From: Candidatus Latescibacterota bacterium
GTDB lineage: Bacteria > Latescibacterota > UBA2968 > UBA8231
Direction of reading: 5' to 3'
Assembly (NCBI GenBank): GCA_963422735.1
Contig: OY730476.1
Coordinates: 96,001 to 160,000 of the forward strand
Length of the DNA: 64,000 bases
Of this stretch, positions 29,566 to 38,511 are shown one piece after another; position 1 is the stretch's first letter; each line of letters begins with the position of its first letter. The position numbers were made by a program, and so were the translations under genes. Under the pieces are notes generated by a model. The model was given only the letters and a program-made list of their open reading frames with translations. It was not told the origin of the DNA and made no database searches.

Positions 29566-30344
29566 ATGAAGGACTCTTCGATCTACATTCCCGCCTGTGA
29601 CTGGGACTCGACCGCATCACTGCCGCAATCTTGGGGTGCCCCGCCTCTTGGCTGGAAGTACGCCAAGCACCTAGTGCTGGTGAACGACACGGCACACGAC
29701 CGCCGGGGCGAACCGGTCGAAGCGGGCGTGGACATTCACGCAGGCCACGTTACCGACCTCGGCCGAGAGATCCGCGTTGCCCGTCTTCTCGGCGAAACCG
29801 ATCCTATAGAAGTCGTGCCGAACCAAGCGCACCTTATGGACCGCGAGGACGAGTTGCTGCGCTGCCGGCTGTTTTTCCTTGCCGATGTGCCCGCCGGGGG
29901 TTCGGCGACCTACCTCCTGCTATACGGCAACCCGGAGGGACCCGAGCCCTACTATGACACCGACCTCAAGGTCTCGGGCGAAGGGTATGCCCTCGAGGTG
30001 GAAAACGAGCATTACCGCGCGGTCCTCGACAATGTCATGGACGCGCTGCGCGCCACGAACGAATTCGAGCTCTACGTTCAAGGATCGCCTTGGGGGCAGC
30101 GCCAGCTCAGCTTCGTCGATATTGGCATCGTGCAGGAGGTCGTCATCGAAGGACGCGACATCCGCGTCGGCGTGCGGGCCGCGAAACTTGGTTCGACTGG
30201 TTTTCCGACGGCATTGAGGAACAGCTCCGCGCCCGCCTGCGGGACATCGGAGAGATCGAGGTACGCCTCGTCCGCGAGCCGAAATGGACCCCGCAGCGAT
30301 TGAGTGACCGCGCCAGCCGCGTCATCGGGCCCGGGGAGGAGTAG
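29566..30344 (+). pseudogene. chimeric/frameshifted gene: N-terminus of an unknown protein joined to a DUF59 (SufT/PaaD-like) domain
   Basis: SFVDIGIVQEV, then a frameshift near 30175, then IEVRLVREPKWTPQRLS (DUF59-like tail). Confidence 0.6.
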
Positions 30345-30350
30345 CCTTTC

Positions 30351-31721
30351 CTACAACACCAGCTCGTCCGGCGGCTCGTAGTCGCTTTTGCGCGGGTCCC
30401 AGCGGATTCCGCATTTGTCGCTGATGACCGCCCATTCACCCGGACTGAGGTTGCCCTGGTGGTGGTAGTTGAAGCGCCTGAGCCCCGCGGCCTCGGCGGC
30501 GTCGAGCAACATCTTGAGGTCGCGCGCCGACATCGGGTCGCCGTCGTGGGGAAAGCGACCGGTGTCGAGCCAGGGCACGATGCGCTCCGGGTCGTCAACC
30601 GAGGCTAGTGCCCGTCGGGTCTCCTGCGTTACCACCTGCTCGAAAAACTCGGGACTGAGGGCGCTCTCGAAGTCGAGCATGTCGTCGCCCACGCCCGGCA
30701 GGACGATGCCGAAGAGAGCCTCCACGACATTGAGGGTATCGGCCACGCTGATCCCCGGATTCCACTCGAGGAGCGTCTGCGAGTAGCGGTAAACCGTGCC
30801 GAGGAAGCCGTCGAAGCCTCGGTGAAAGAAGTAGTGCTTAGGCAGCAGGAAATCCATGAACCGGGCTAGATCGACGAAGTCGTACCCGCACAAGGGCGCG
30901 AAGGCGGCCGAGCGCGGGCCGCATCCTAGGCGCACCGGACGTTCCAGTTCGGCAGCGACGCCTTCGCGGATGCGGCGAAAATAGCGAGTCAGCGAGTCGG
31001 CCCGGAACGACAGCCAAGCCATCAGGTCTGGGTCGGCACCGAGCATGCGGTAGGCGCCGACTAGGCCGCCGCGGGCGTGTCCGCGGATGCGCACCGGATC
31101 GAGGTTGTGGAACAGGGACAGGAGCCTGTCTTTCGCGGCCACCATGGCCTCATAGTCGTACCCCAAATCCTCGGCCATCGGTGCCACAGATTCCGGCAGG
31201 TCGTGAAAGAAGTAGGAGCGATGATTCATGTGATGGGGGGCTATTTCGTACCCCCACTCCGGTCCGTCCATTACAGCACCGTCCGCCATCGGGAAGTGCT
31301 CTAGCGTATCGACCATGCGCGCCACCCGCGATGCCAGCGTCTTGTCGTCGTGCAGGTGGTGGCCCTTCCCCCCCGGACCGGCCCCACCGTCGGCGTACAT
31401 ACAGTAAACCTGCATGCCGCGGTCCTTGGCGGCGTTCATCGTCTTTTCTAGCAGGGCCCTTTTTTGGGGCAGCTTCTGTTCCGGCGGTGGCGGCGGCTCG
31501 ACTCCGAGTCGCGCGTACACTGCCGGGTTCGGATCGTACGCTTCCGCCACGATATCGCCGGTGGGAGCGGACACTGCATGCTTCGACAGTTTCGCAGTGC
31601 CGAAGACGAGCGGCCCGAACACGACGCCATCGACGCCGCCTTCTGCCCAAGCATCGAGTATGCGCTCGTGATCGCTCATCACGCTTTCGAGATCGCGCAT
31701 TACATCCATCCACAGCTTCAT
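30351..31721 (-). CDS. hypothetical protein, possible glycoside-hydrolase-like TIM barrel
   Basis: 456-aa ORF with AAGGAGG RBS; DGAVMDGPEWGYE motif. Confidence 0.75.
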   Translation of the reverse strand: MKLWMDVMRDLESVMSDHERILDAWAEGGVDGVVFGPLVFGTAKLSKHAVSAPTGDIVAEAYDPNPAVYARLGVEPPPPPEQKLPQKRALLEKTMNAAKDRGMQVYCMYADGGAGPGGKGHHLHDDKTLASRVARMVDTLEHFPMADGAVMDGPEWGYEIAPHHMNHRSYFFHDLPESVAPMAEDLGYDYEAMVAAKDRLLSLFHNLDPVRIRGHARGGLVGAYRMLGADPDLMAWLSFRADSLTRYFRRIREGVAAELERPVRLGCGPRSAAFAPLCGYDFVDLARFMDFLLPKHYFFHRGFDGFLGTVYRYSQTLLEWNPGISVADTLNVVEALFGIVLPGVGDDMLDFESALSPEFFEQVVTQETRRALASVDDPERIVPWLDTGRFPHDGDPMSARDLKMLLDAAEAAGLRRFNYHHQGNLSPGEWAVISDKCGIRWDPRKSDYEPPDELVL

Positions 31722-31835
31722 GGTCAACCTCCTCCTTGCCTTTTGGTGTCAGCCTCTCAAACAAAGGACCCACCGATCGGCTGGTTTCCCGACATACCCG
31801 TGAGATAGTCGATAACCAGCCACATGCCGGAGGAT

Positions 31836-31899
31836 CTCATAAAGAAGCCGGCGAAGTAGTCTCAGTGAGTGGGCGTAAAACGGCACACGCCGTCAAAGG
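31836..31899. repeat. diverged direct repeat copy 2 (current PhyH 3' end)
   Basis: matches 29150-29213; minus strand reads FDGVCRFTPTH*. Confidence 0.85.
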
Positions 31900-32617
31900 A
31901 GACGCGCAACCTAGGGTGGCTCTCGTAGGGCCACGGATTGTAGGAGCGGGGAATGTAGTGACCGGCCCAACTATGGCGGAACGCGCCCTCGCCCAAAATG
32001 GGGCCGCCGCGGTGGATTGAGCGGCCGTTGAAGAATACGATGTCGCCCTTGTCTGCTTCAATGGCAATTTCCGGCAACTTATTGCACGCGAAAAGAGCAT
32101 CAAAAGCGTCGTCCTGGTCCCAGCCATACCAAGGGCCTAACTCGCCGTTTTCATCGCGGCGGAAATGACGCTTTTCTATTAGCTCTCCCTTGTGGGAGCC
32201 TATCTGAATATGAATGCTACCGTTGCGGGCGCTGACTTGCTGGAGAGCGACCCAAGCCGACATGCAGCCCGGCAGGAAAAAGGCGTCTTGGTGCCGACGT
32301 TGTTCAGATCCTTTGTAAAAATACATGCTCTGGACTCCGTCTGGCTCGTCGCCGAGGAAGGTGCACAGCGGCTGGCGCAGCCTGGGATCAAGCATCCAAG
32401 ATAGGCCGGCCGGATGGTGCAGACTGCGGCTGATTAGGCGGCTCCAATCGTCCGGCTGGCGCGGGGGATAGCCCTCGATGCTGAAGCGGCCGGCGTGGAG
32501 GTCCATCATGTAGGCGACAAAGCGGTCGCACTCGTCGGCGCTAAATCCGCCGCGGACGATCACATAGCCGTCGCGCTCGTACTGCTCTTGGTGCGGGGAG
32601 GTTATTTCCAGTTCCAT
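31862..32617 (-). CDS. phytanoyl-CoA dioxygenase (PhyH) family protein
   Basis: YERDGY, RHQD, SAWVAL, NGSIHIQIGSH, GDIVFF...IHRG. Confidence 0.9.
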   Translation of the reverse strand: MELEITSPHQEQYERDGYVIVRGGFSADECDRFVAYMMDLHAGRFSIEGYPPRQPDDWSRLISRSLHHPAGLSWMLDPRLRQPLCTFLGDEPDGVQSMYFYKGSEQRRHQDAFFLPGCMSAWVALQQVSARNGSIHIQIGSHKGELIEKRHFRRDENGELGPWYGWDQDDAFDALFACNKLPEIAIEADKGDIVFFNGRSIHRGGPILGEGAFRHSWAGHYIPRSYNPWPYESHPRLRVSFDGVCRFTPTH

Positions 32618-32646
32618 TGTGTTCTCGCTCTGTGATTATGGGCTTG

Positions 32647-32682
32647 ACTACTGACTGAATTAACGTTAATTCAGTCAGTAGT
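32647..32682. promoter_or_regulatory. perfect 36-bp palindrome abutting the ATPase start codon
   Basis: ACTACTGACTGAATTAAC|GTTAATTCAGTCAGTAGT, no loop and no mismatch; overlaps TTGACT at 32644. Confidence 0.8.
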
Positions 32683-33834
32683 ATGTCCAATATTTATATT
32701 CCCCAAGCACAACTTGCTCGACTTAAGCGCTTAGCTACCCCTGGTAAAGTCGCCGTGGTGTACGGTCCTAGGCGAGTGGGCAAGACCACCTTGATCCAGC
32801 ATTACGTCCAACAGTACGACCGCGACGCCCTCTTGGTGACTGGGGAAGATATAACGGTGCGCGAGTATTTGGAAAGTCAATCCTTAGTCAAATTGCAAGC
32901 CTTTATCGGCCAACGGCGCACATTAATTATCGACGAAGCCCAGTACGTGCGGCAAATCGGCCTGAATCTGAAGCTATTAGCCGATCACGTCGAAGGGCTG
33001 CGCATGATCGCCACGGGGTCTTCTTCCTTTGATCTAGCTCAGCAGACGGGAGAGCCCTTGACGGGCCGCAGATACACCCTGCTGCTGTTGCCCTTGGCCC
33101 AGCTCGAACTGCAGGAGGTGGAAACAGCCCACCAAACTAGGGCCCAGCTCGAACTGCGGTTGATCTACGGGTCGTATCCCGAAGTCGTCCTCATGGAGTC
33201 GAACGAAGACCGCCAGCTTTATATAAAGGAACTAATCGCTTCCTATCTGTTCAAAGATATTCTACAGTTGGAAGGCATCCGACACGCCGACAAATTGCTC
33301 CGCTTGCTCCAGTTGCTTGCCTTTCAGATTGGCCGCGAGGTTTCAGTGGCGGAATTGGGAACCCAACTAGGCATGAACAAGAACACGGTGGAGCGCTATC
33401 TCGACCTGCTCGAAAAAGCCTATATCCTCTATAGCCGCCGCGGCTTCAGCCGCAGTCTCCGCAAGGAAATTACCAAAAGCCGGCGGTACTATTTTTACGA
33501 CAATGGCATTAGGAACGGGCTAATCAACAACTTCAACGTCTTGTCTTTGCGAGACGATGTGGGGGCCTTGTGGGAGAACTATGCCTTGGTCGAACGACTG
33601 AAGTACAACCTATATACGGGGCGCTTGGCCGAGAGCCATTTCTGGCGCACCTACGACCAACAGGAGATCGACTTGATTGAGGAGTGGGGAGGGGATCTGC
33701 ACGCCGCTGAAATGAAGTGGTCGCCTCAAACCACCACCCAAGCACCCCGAGGCTGGCGCGAGGCGTACCGCGACAGTTCGTTTGAGGTCATTCATCAAGG
33801 GAATTACCTCGATTTTATTACCGGTTCAAAATAG
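32683..33834 (+). CDS. AAA_14 ATPase with DUF4143 domain
   Basis: GPRRVGKTT, IIDEAQ, TGSSS, LTGR, YGSYPE, YFYDNG, WRT..QQEIDLI, EMKW. Confidence 0.92.
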   Translation: MSNIYIPQAQLARLKRLATPGKVAVVYGPRRVGKTTLIQHYVQQYDRDALLVTGEDITVREYLESQSLVKLQAFIGQRRTLIIDEAQYVRQIGLNLKLLADHVEGLRMIATGSSSFDLAQQTGEPLTGRRYTLLLLPLAQLELQEVETAHQTRAQLELRLIYGSYPEVVLMESNEDRQLYIKELIASYLFKDILQLEGIRHADKLLRLLQLLAFQIGREVSVAELGTQLGMNKNTVERYLDLLEKAYILYSRRGFSRSLRKEITKSRRYYFYDNGIRNGLINNFNVLSLRDDVGALWENYALVERLKYNLYTGRLAESHFWRTYDQQEIDLIEEWGGDLHAAEMKWSPQTTTQAPRGWREAYRDSSFEVIHQGNYLDFITGSK

Positions 33835-33859
33835 AACGCGATTTGTGAAGATTGCGATA

Positions 33860-34830
33860 GGAGATTACTGTCGGCTTGCTGGTGGCCGTACGGGCTCTCT
33901 AGCCGCTACTCTGCCGGGGGCCTCGTATTGGTTGTCTGGACCAGTACCAAGCTCAGCGCTACTGCCCAGCGCGTACCGGCATTGATCGCTCCTCCATCCG
34001 CGCTCAGATCCAACTAGTTGTCTAACCACGCTTCGCAGAGACCGCCCTCGATTTGCTCTGGACGGCTCAACGCCAAGAGCCTCGCCCTTAGTCCGCCGCA
34101 CAGGGCGACAAATAGATTGCCCGCACATCCACTGCTCGTCCTCGAGCCGCACTGGCGACCATCCGGGCGATCCTCCCCATTGCTCAAAACAAGGTCTCCA
34201 ACTCTGGTAAAAGGGTGGTCCCGCGCTTGTTAGTGGCTCCTAAGCGCGGCGCACATCGGCGTGTTGGATGGGCCCAGATGCCGCCGTCGCGGTAACACAG
34301 AACCGCAGCGTGTGCTTAGCTGTCAATGGAATTCCGCTGCGGCCGCGATGAGCGTCCCCCCGCCCCGGGTGAATTAGGCGCAGCATAGTGTTCAGATACA
34401 ACGACCCATCTGCCCCCGCCCAAGTCTTCTGCATGGTGCTCTGAGGTGAAGGCCGTCAGCATCGCATAGGCACTGAACGGTGCATAGCGCGAGGCGGTGG
34501 AACCTACTTCTACCGGGATCAGGCGCGGGTCCGGATTGGCCGCCAAGCAGAGCATGGACTCTGCTCGGTGAACGCGTATGGCGAAGCAACCAACCGGTAG
34601 CGGCTCGCCGGCGACTAGCCGGAATATGGCTAGTCTGCCTCCCTCCTGCCGAACCCAAGCCAACGCGAGCGGCCGATGCGTCCGACCAAATTCTTCCTCT
34701 CGCAGGTAAATAGTCCAATGTTCATTAATTTGACGATCTCCTCGTCAGTGCGAATAAAGCGGTCAGCGATTGCTGTCCAGACAGACAGTTTGGAGGCGAG
34801 GCGGACGACATTGCCTAGGGCAAATTACAT
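33860..34830 (-). pseudogene. degenerate coding-like region of unknown family
   Basis: protein-like fragments in shifting minus-strand frames (e.g. 34316-34663); no intact ORF spans it. Confidence 0.35.
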
Positions 34831-34833
34831 GCC

Positions 34834-35790
34834 CTAGTACCCTTTCTTCTTGTCGATGATATTGAGCACCGGTTCGCCCCTGAGGTAGCGCTCTAATTGG
34901 ACGCAGAAGAACTTGTAGATCTTGCGCGGTCGGTGCTGCGAGGCACCGGCACGATGCGGGGTGAGGATGATGTTGGGCGCGTCCCAGAGTGGGGATTCGG
35001 GAGGTAGCGGCTCGATTTCAGTAACGTCGATACCGGCACCAGCAATCTGCCCTTCGTGCAGTGCTTGGCAGAGAGCGTCCTCGTCGATGATGCCGCCCCG
35101 CGTCACGTTGATCAGATAGGCGCTCTCCTTCATCAGCACCAGTTCCTCGCGCCCGATGAGGTGGTACGTCTCTTCAGTGAGCGGACAGGCCATCATCACC
35201 ACGTCGGCGCGCCGGAGGAGGCTGTGCAGGTTTTCGCGGGTGTTGTATTTGAGTTCGGAAACGCCCGGCGGCAGGTCGCGGCGCACCGGATCAATGGCGA
35301 TGATCGGCATGTCGTACCCGGCGGCCCGCTTGGCCATTTCAACCCCAAAGCCCCCTAGCCCCACAAGGCCCAACGTTTGCCCGGTCAGTTCGACGGTAGT
35401 GCCACCGGACCACTTGCGCTGGTCGTTGTGGCGAATCGACTGAGCGATGCCCCGGGTCAGGGCGAGGAGCAAGGCCCAGGCGTGTTCGCCGCCTTGGGGG
35501 GCATACAGCCCGGCCACGTTGGAAATGGCGACTTCGTCTCGGGCGATGATTTCGGGGAAGAGGAACTTGTCCATGCCGGTGCTAAAAGACTGGACCCAGC
35601 GCAGGTTGGGGGCGGCGGCGCAGACCGCGGGCGGGAAGTTGCCGACGATGATGTCGATCTCGCTGGCTACGGCGAGGGCCTCTTGATCGTCGTTGGCGAC
35701 AAAGACTTCGTGTCCGCCGTTTTCGTACGCTATATGGCGCAGGTGGTCGTGCTGTTCGTCGGTGAATGGGTAGTGGACTAGGATCTTCAC
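34834..35790 (-). CDS. D-2-hydroxyacid dehydrogenase (NAD-binding)
   Basis: GLVGLGGFG, CPLTEET, INVTRG, DVTEIEPLP, LTPHRAG; GTG start after GGAGG. Confidence 0.92.
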   Translation of the reverse strand: MKILVHYPFTDEQHDHLRHIAYENGGHEVFVANDDQEALAVASEIDIIVGNFPPAVCAAAPNLRWVQSFSTGMDKFLFPEIIARDEVAISNVAGLYAPQGGEHAWALLLALTRGIAQSIRHNDQRKWSGGTTVELTGQTLGLVGLGGFGVEMAKRAAGYDMPIIAIDPVRRDLPPGVSELKYNTRENLHSLLRRADVVMMACPLTEETYHLIGREELVLMKESAYLINVTRGGIIDEDALCQALHEGQIAGAGIDVTEIEPLPPESPLWDAPNIILTPHRAGASQHRPRKIYKFFCVQLERYLRGEPVLNIIDKKKGY

Positions 35791-35803
35791 GCTAACCTCC
35801 AAG

Positions 35804-36805
35804 CTAGGTTGAGAAATGAGATAGGATGCGATCGATGTAATTGGCGAGCGATTGTTCTAGGCGCGGCCCGAAGCGGGTTACCACTTGTGCCGCGGCATAG
35901 CAGCCCAGACGCGCCGCGTCTAAGGGACTGTACCCGTGGGACAGCCCGTAGAGTGCGCCACCGGCAAAGAGATCGCCGGCACCGTTGGTGTCGATAGCTT
36001 GCACTGGGATGCCGGGCACTTGGTAGTGGGTGCCGTCGGCGTACACTAGGGCGCCCTCGGCCCCGCACGTTACGTAAGCCGTGCCTACTTGGGAAGCCAA
36101 AACCGCGCCGGCTGTCTCTCGGTCGTCGATCCCGGTGCTGGCGAGGGCTTCCTCTTCATTACAGAAGAGCAGATCTACACCGTCTTGCAGGAGTGCGTCA
36201 AAGCGCGCCCGAAAGGCCCGGACGGCAAAAGGATCGCTCAGAGTCAGGGAGACGGCCGTGCCGTGCCGCTGGGCCATTTGCTGTGCTCGGCACGCAGCGG
36301 CAAAGCCGTCGTCCGAGCCGAGGAGATAGCCTTCTATATAAAGGTACTGGCTGTCAGCGATGACCTCCTCTTGGAGCTGGGTCGGACCGATGGCACTGCT
36401 GATGCCCAAAAAGGTGTTGAGGGTGCGGTCGGCATCGGGAGAAATAAAAACCAAGCATTGGCCGGTCTTGCCCGCGCCGCGGTTGGCCGGATGAGTGGCC
36501 ACGCCGGCTGCTTCGAGATCGCGCTGGTAAAAGTCGCCCCAAGCGTCGCGGCCGGTCAGGCAGGCGTAATAGGTTCGGCCGCCAAAGCGGGCGACGCCGA
36601 TGAGGGTATTGGCCGCCGAGCCGCCCGACGCCAAGGCTACTGGCTCGCCGCCGACGGCTGCTGTGAGGTTGCGCTGCCGCGCCTCATCAACGAGGGTCAT
36701 AACTCCCTTTTCAATTTGGTGCTCGGCGAGGAACTCTGGGGCGACTTGATATTGGATGTCCACTAGGGCGTGGCCGACTCCATAGACATCGTACGTGCGG
36801 GCCAT
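35804..36805 (-). CDS. PfkB family carbohydrate/adenosine kinase
   Basis: GGSAANT, YLYIEGY, FCNEEE, DTNGAGDLFAGG. Confidence 0.92.
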   Translation of the reverse strand: MARTYDVYGVGHALVDIQYQVAPEFLAEHQIEKGVMTLVDEARQRNLTAAVGGEPVALASGGSAANTLIGVARFGGRTYYACLTGRDAWGDFYQRDLEAAGVATHPANRGAGKTGQCLVFISPDADRTLNTFLGISSAIGPTQLQEEVIADSQYLYIEGYLLGSDDGFAAACRAQQMAQRHGTAVSLTLSDPFAVRAFRARFDALLQDGVDLLFCNEEEALASTGIDDRETAGAVLASQVGTAYVTCGAEGALVYADGTHYQVPGIPVQAIDTNGAGDLFAGGALYGLSHGYSPLDAARLGCYAAAQVVTRFGPRLEQSLANYIDRILSHFST

Positions 36806-36965
36806 GGGCTTTCCTTCGGGTAGAAAATAGGCAAAATAACCTATTCGCTCATGGCTGCCAAAGAGGGAAAGGGCAAATCTTTTCTTGTTTTAATTCGCAC
36901 TGCGAATATATTAAAACTTCTGCGGGAAACGCCCGCGCTTTCCACCCTTTACGGAGGTTGATGCA

Positions 36966-37487
36966 ATCGCAGCAAAGAAAAAGAGTTTCACGAGAGTAAA
37001 CGATGATATTCGCGTACCCCAGATCCGACTCATCGGGTCAGATGGGGGGCAGGTGGGGGTCATCGAAACGGCCCGTGCCTTGGCCATGGCGGAGGAAGCC
37101 AATCTCGACCTAGTGGAAGTGGCCGCCGAAGCGCGCCCGCCGGTCTGCCGGATTATCGACTACGGCAAGTTCCGTTACGACCAAGAGAAAAGGGCCAAGG
37201 AAGCTCGCAAGAAGCAGCAAAACGTGCAGATGAAGGGCATCCGCATTGCCGGGTCCAACATCTCTGAGCACGATCTCGAATATCGGATGGGCCATATCCG
37301 CACGTTCATCGAAAAGGGGAACCGGGTCAAAGTCAGCGTCCGCTTCAAAGGGCGGCAGATGGCCTATCAAGATCGGGGGCACCAAATACTGCGAGAGTTG
37401 GCTGCTAAGCTCGAGGATGTGGCCATCGTTGATCAGAATCCCAAAATGGAGGGCCGCGAAATGTCGCTCATTCTCAGGCCCCTCTGA
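36966..37487 (+). CDS. infC: translation initiation factor IF-3 (non-canonical ATC start)
   Basis: GGAGGT 7 nt before an in-frame ATC; RVNDDIR, LDLVEV, PPVCRIIDYGKF, FKGRQ. Confidence 0.95.
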   Translation: MAAKKKSFTRVNDDIRVPQIRLIGSDGGQVGVIETARALAMAEEANLDLVEVAAEARPPVCRIIDYGKFRYDQEKRAKEARKKQQNVQMKGIRIAGSNISEHDLEYRMGHIRTFIEKGNRVKVSVRFKGRQMAYQDRGHQILRELAAKLEDVAIVDQNPKMEGREMSLILRPL

Positions 37488-37505
37488 AGTTGGTCCGGGG
37501 AGCGC

Positions 37506-37545
37506 AAAAAGGTCGGTGTCCGCACTGCGGGCGTCGGCCTTTTTT
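37506..37545. terminator. bidirectional intrinsic terminator
   Basis: A5-GGTCGGTGTCCGCA c TGCGGGCGTCGGCC-T6 between convergent genes. Confidence 0.75.
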
Positions 37546-37628
37546 ATTGGCACTCTTTTGCCGTCGCCTGCCTCGCGTCAAGGGTTTTGGCACTTAGGGA
37601 TAGAATCTCTTTTTTTAAGTCGATTGTT

Positions 37629-38429
37629 TCAGGAGGCAACGAGCAGATGTTCGGCTGCGCCATCGAGGCCGGCGATGACCGGGAAAGACTTCGACCGCGG
37701 GCCGTTGGCTCCGGGTACGTAGCGCACGTGGGGTGAGAAATAAGCGTAGAGCGCAGTGTTGCGCGAGCGGTCAGTCTGGTTGGGACCGGAACCGTGCACC
37801 ATCAAGCTGTGGAACAGCACAGCGGACCCAGCCGCGAGCGGCACGTCGATTTGGCCCGAGCGGTCGATGTCCTCGCGGTTAGTCAGCGGTGCCTCTTGCT
37901 GTTGGGCGATGTGGCCCCATTCCTGCAAACCCCAATGATGGCTGCCGGGAATGACCTTGATGCAGCCGTTGTCCGGAGTGGCGTCGTCGAGGGCGATGCT
38001 CACGGTCACGAGCGCGGGCGGATCCATTGGCCAATAAGCCGAGTCTTGGTGCAAGGCGTGGGCCGAGCCGTGGAAGGCGGGCTTGAGCATTAGGGTACTG
38101 CGGAAGAGGAGCAGGTCGTCCCCGAGGAGCGATTGCACGGTGGCGACGAGGCGGGGATGGGCCGCGAGTTGGGCAAAGCACGGCGACAGGGCGCGGGTGT
38201 TCTCGATTTTGCGCAGCACCGGCAGGCCGTTGTGGTTTTGGTCCTGAGAAAAAGGCTCGCGCTGAAAGTGGCTGCTGAGAAGATCTTGGCGCTCCTCTAG
38301 GTCGGCGGCTAGTTGGTGCAGGCGTTGGATCTCGCGTTGGCATTCGGCGACTTCGCGGCCGTTGAGCAGGCCGGGGACGATTAAGTAGCCCTGCTGCTCG
38401 AAAAAGGCTCGCTGCTTGTGTGGGTCCAT
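37629..38429 (-). CDS. phytanoyl-CoA dioxygenase (PhyH) family protein
   Basis: FFEQQGY, LHQDSAYWP, IALDDATPDNGCIKVIPGSH, VHGSGPN. Confidence 0.92.
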   Translation of the reverse strand: MDPHKQRAFFEQQGYLIVPGLLNGREVAECQREIQRLHQLAADLEERQDLLSSHFQREPFSQDQNHNGLPVLRKIENTRALSPCFAQLAAHPRLVATVQSLLGDDLLLFRSTLMLKPAFHGSAHALHQDSAYWPMDPPALVTVSIALDDATPDNGCIKVIPGSHHWGLQEWGHIAQQQEAPLTNREDIDRSGQIDVPLAAGSAVLFHSLMVHGSGPNQTDRSRNTALYAYFSPHVRYVPGANGPRSKSFPVIAGLDGAAEHLLVAS

Positions 38430-38511
38430 GCGGCACTCCTGCTGTTGAGGTGATAACCCGCTAAGTGTACACTGGCCGCCGATTATGTGTCAACCGGCCC
38501 CTAGCGAACCC

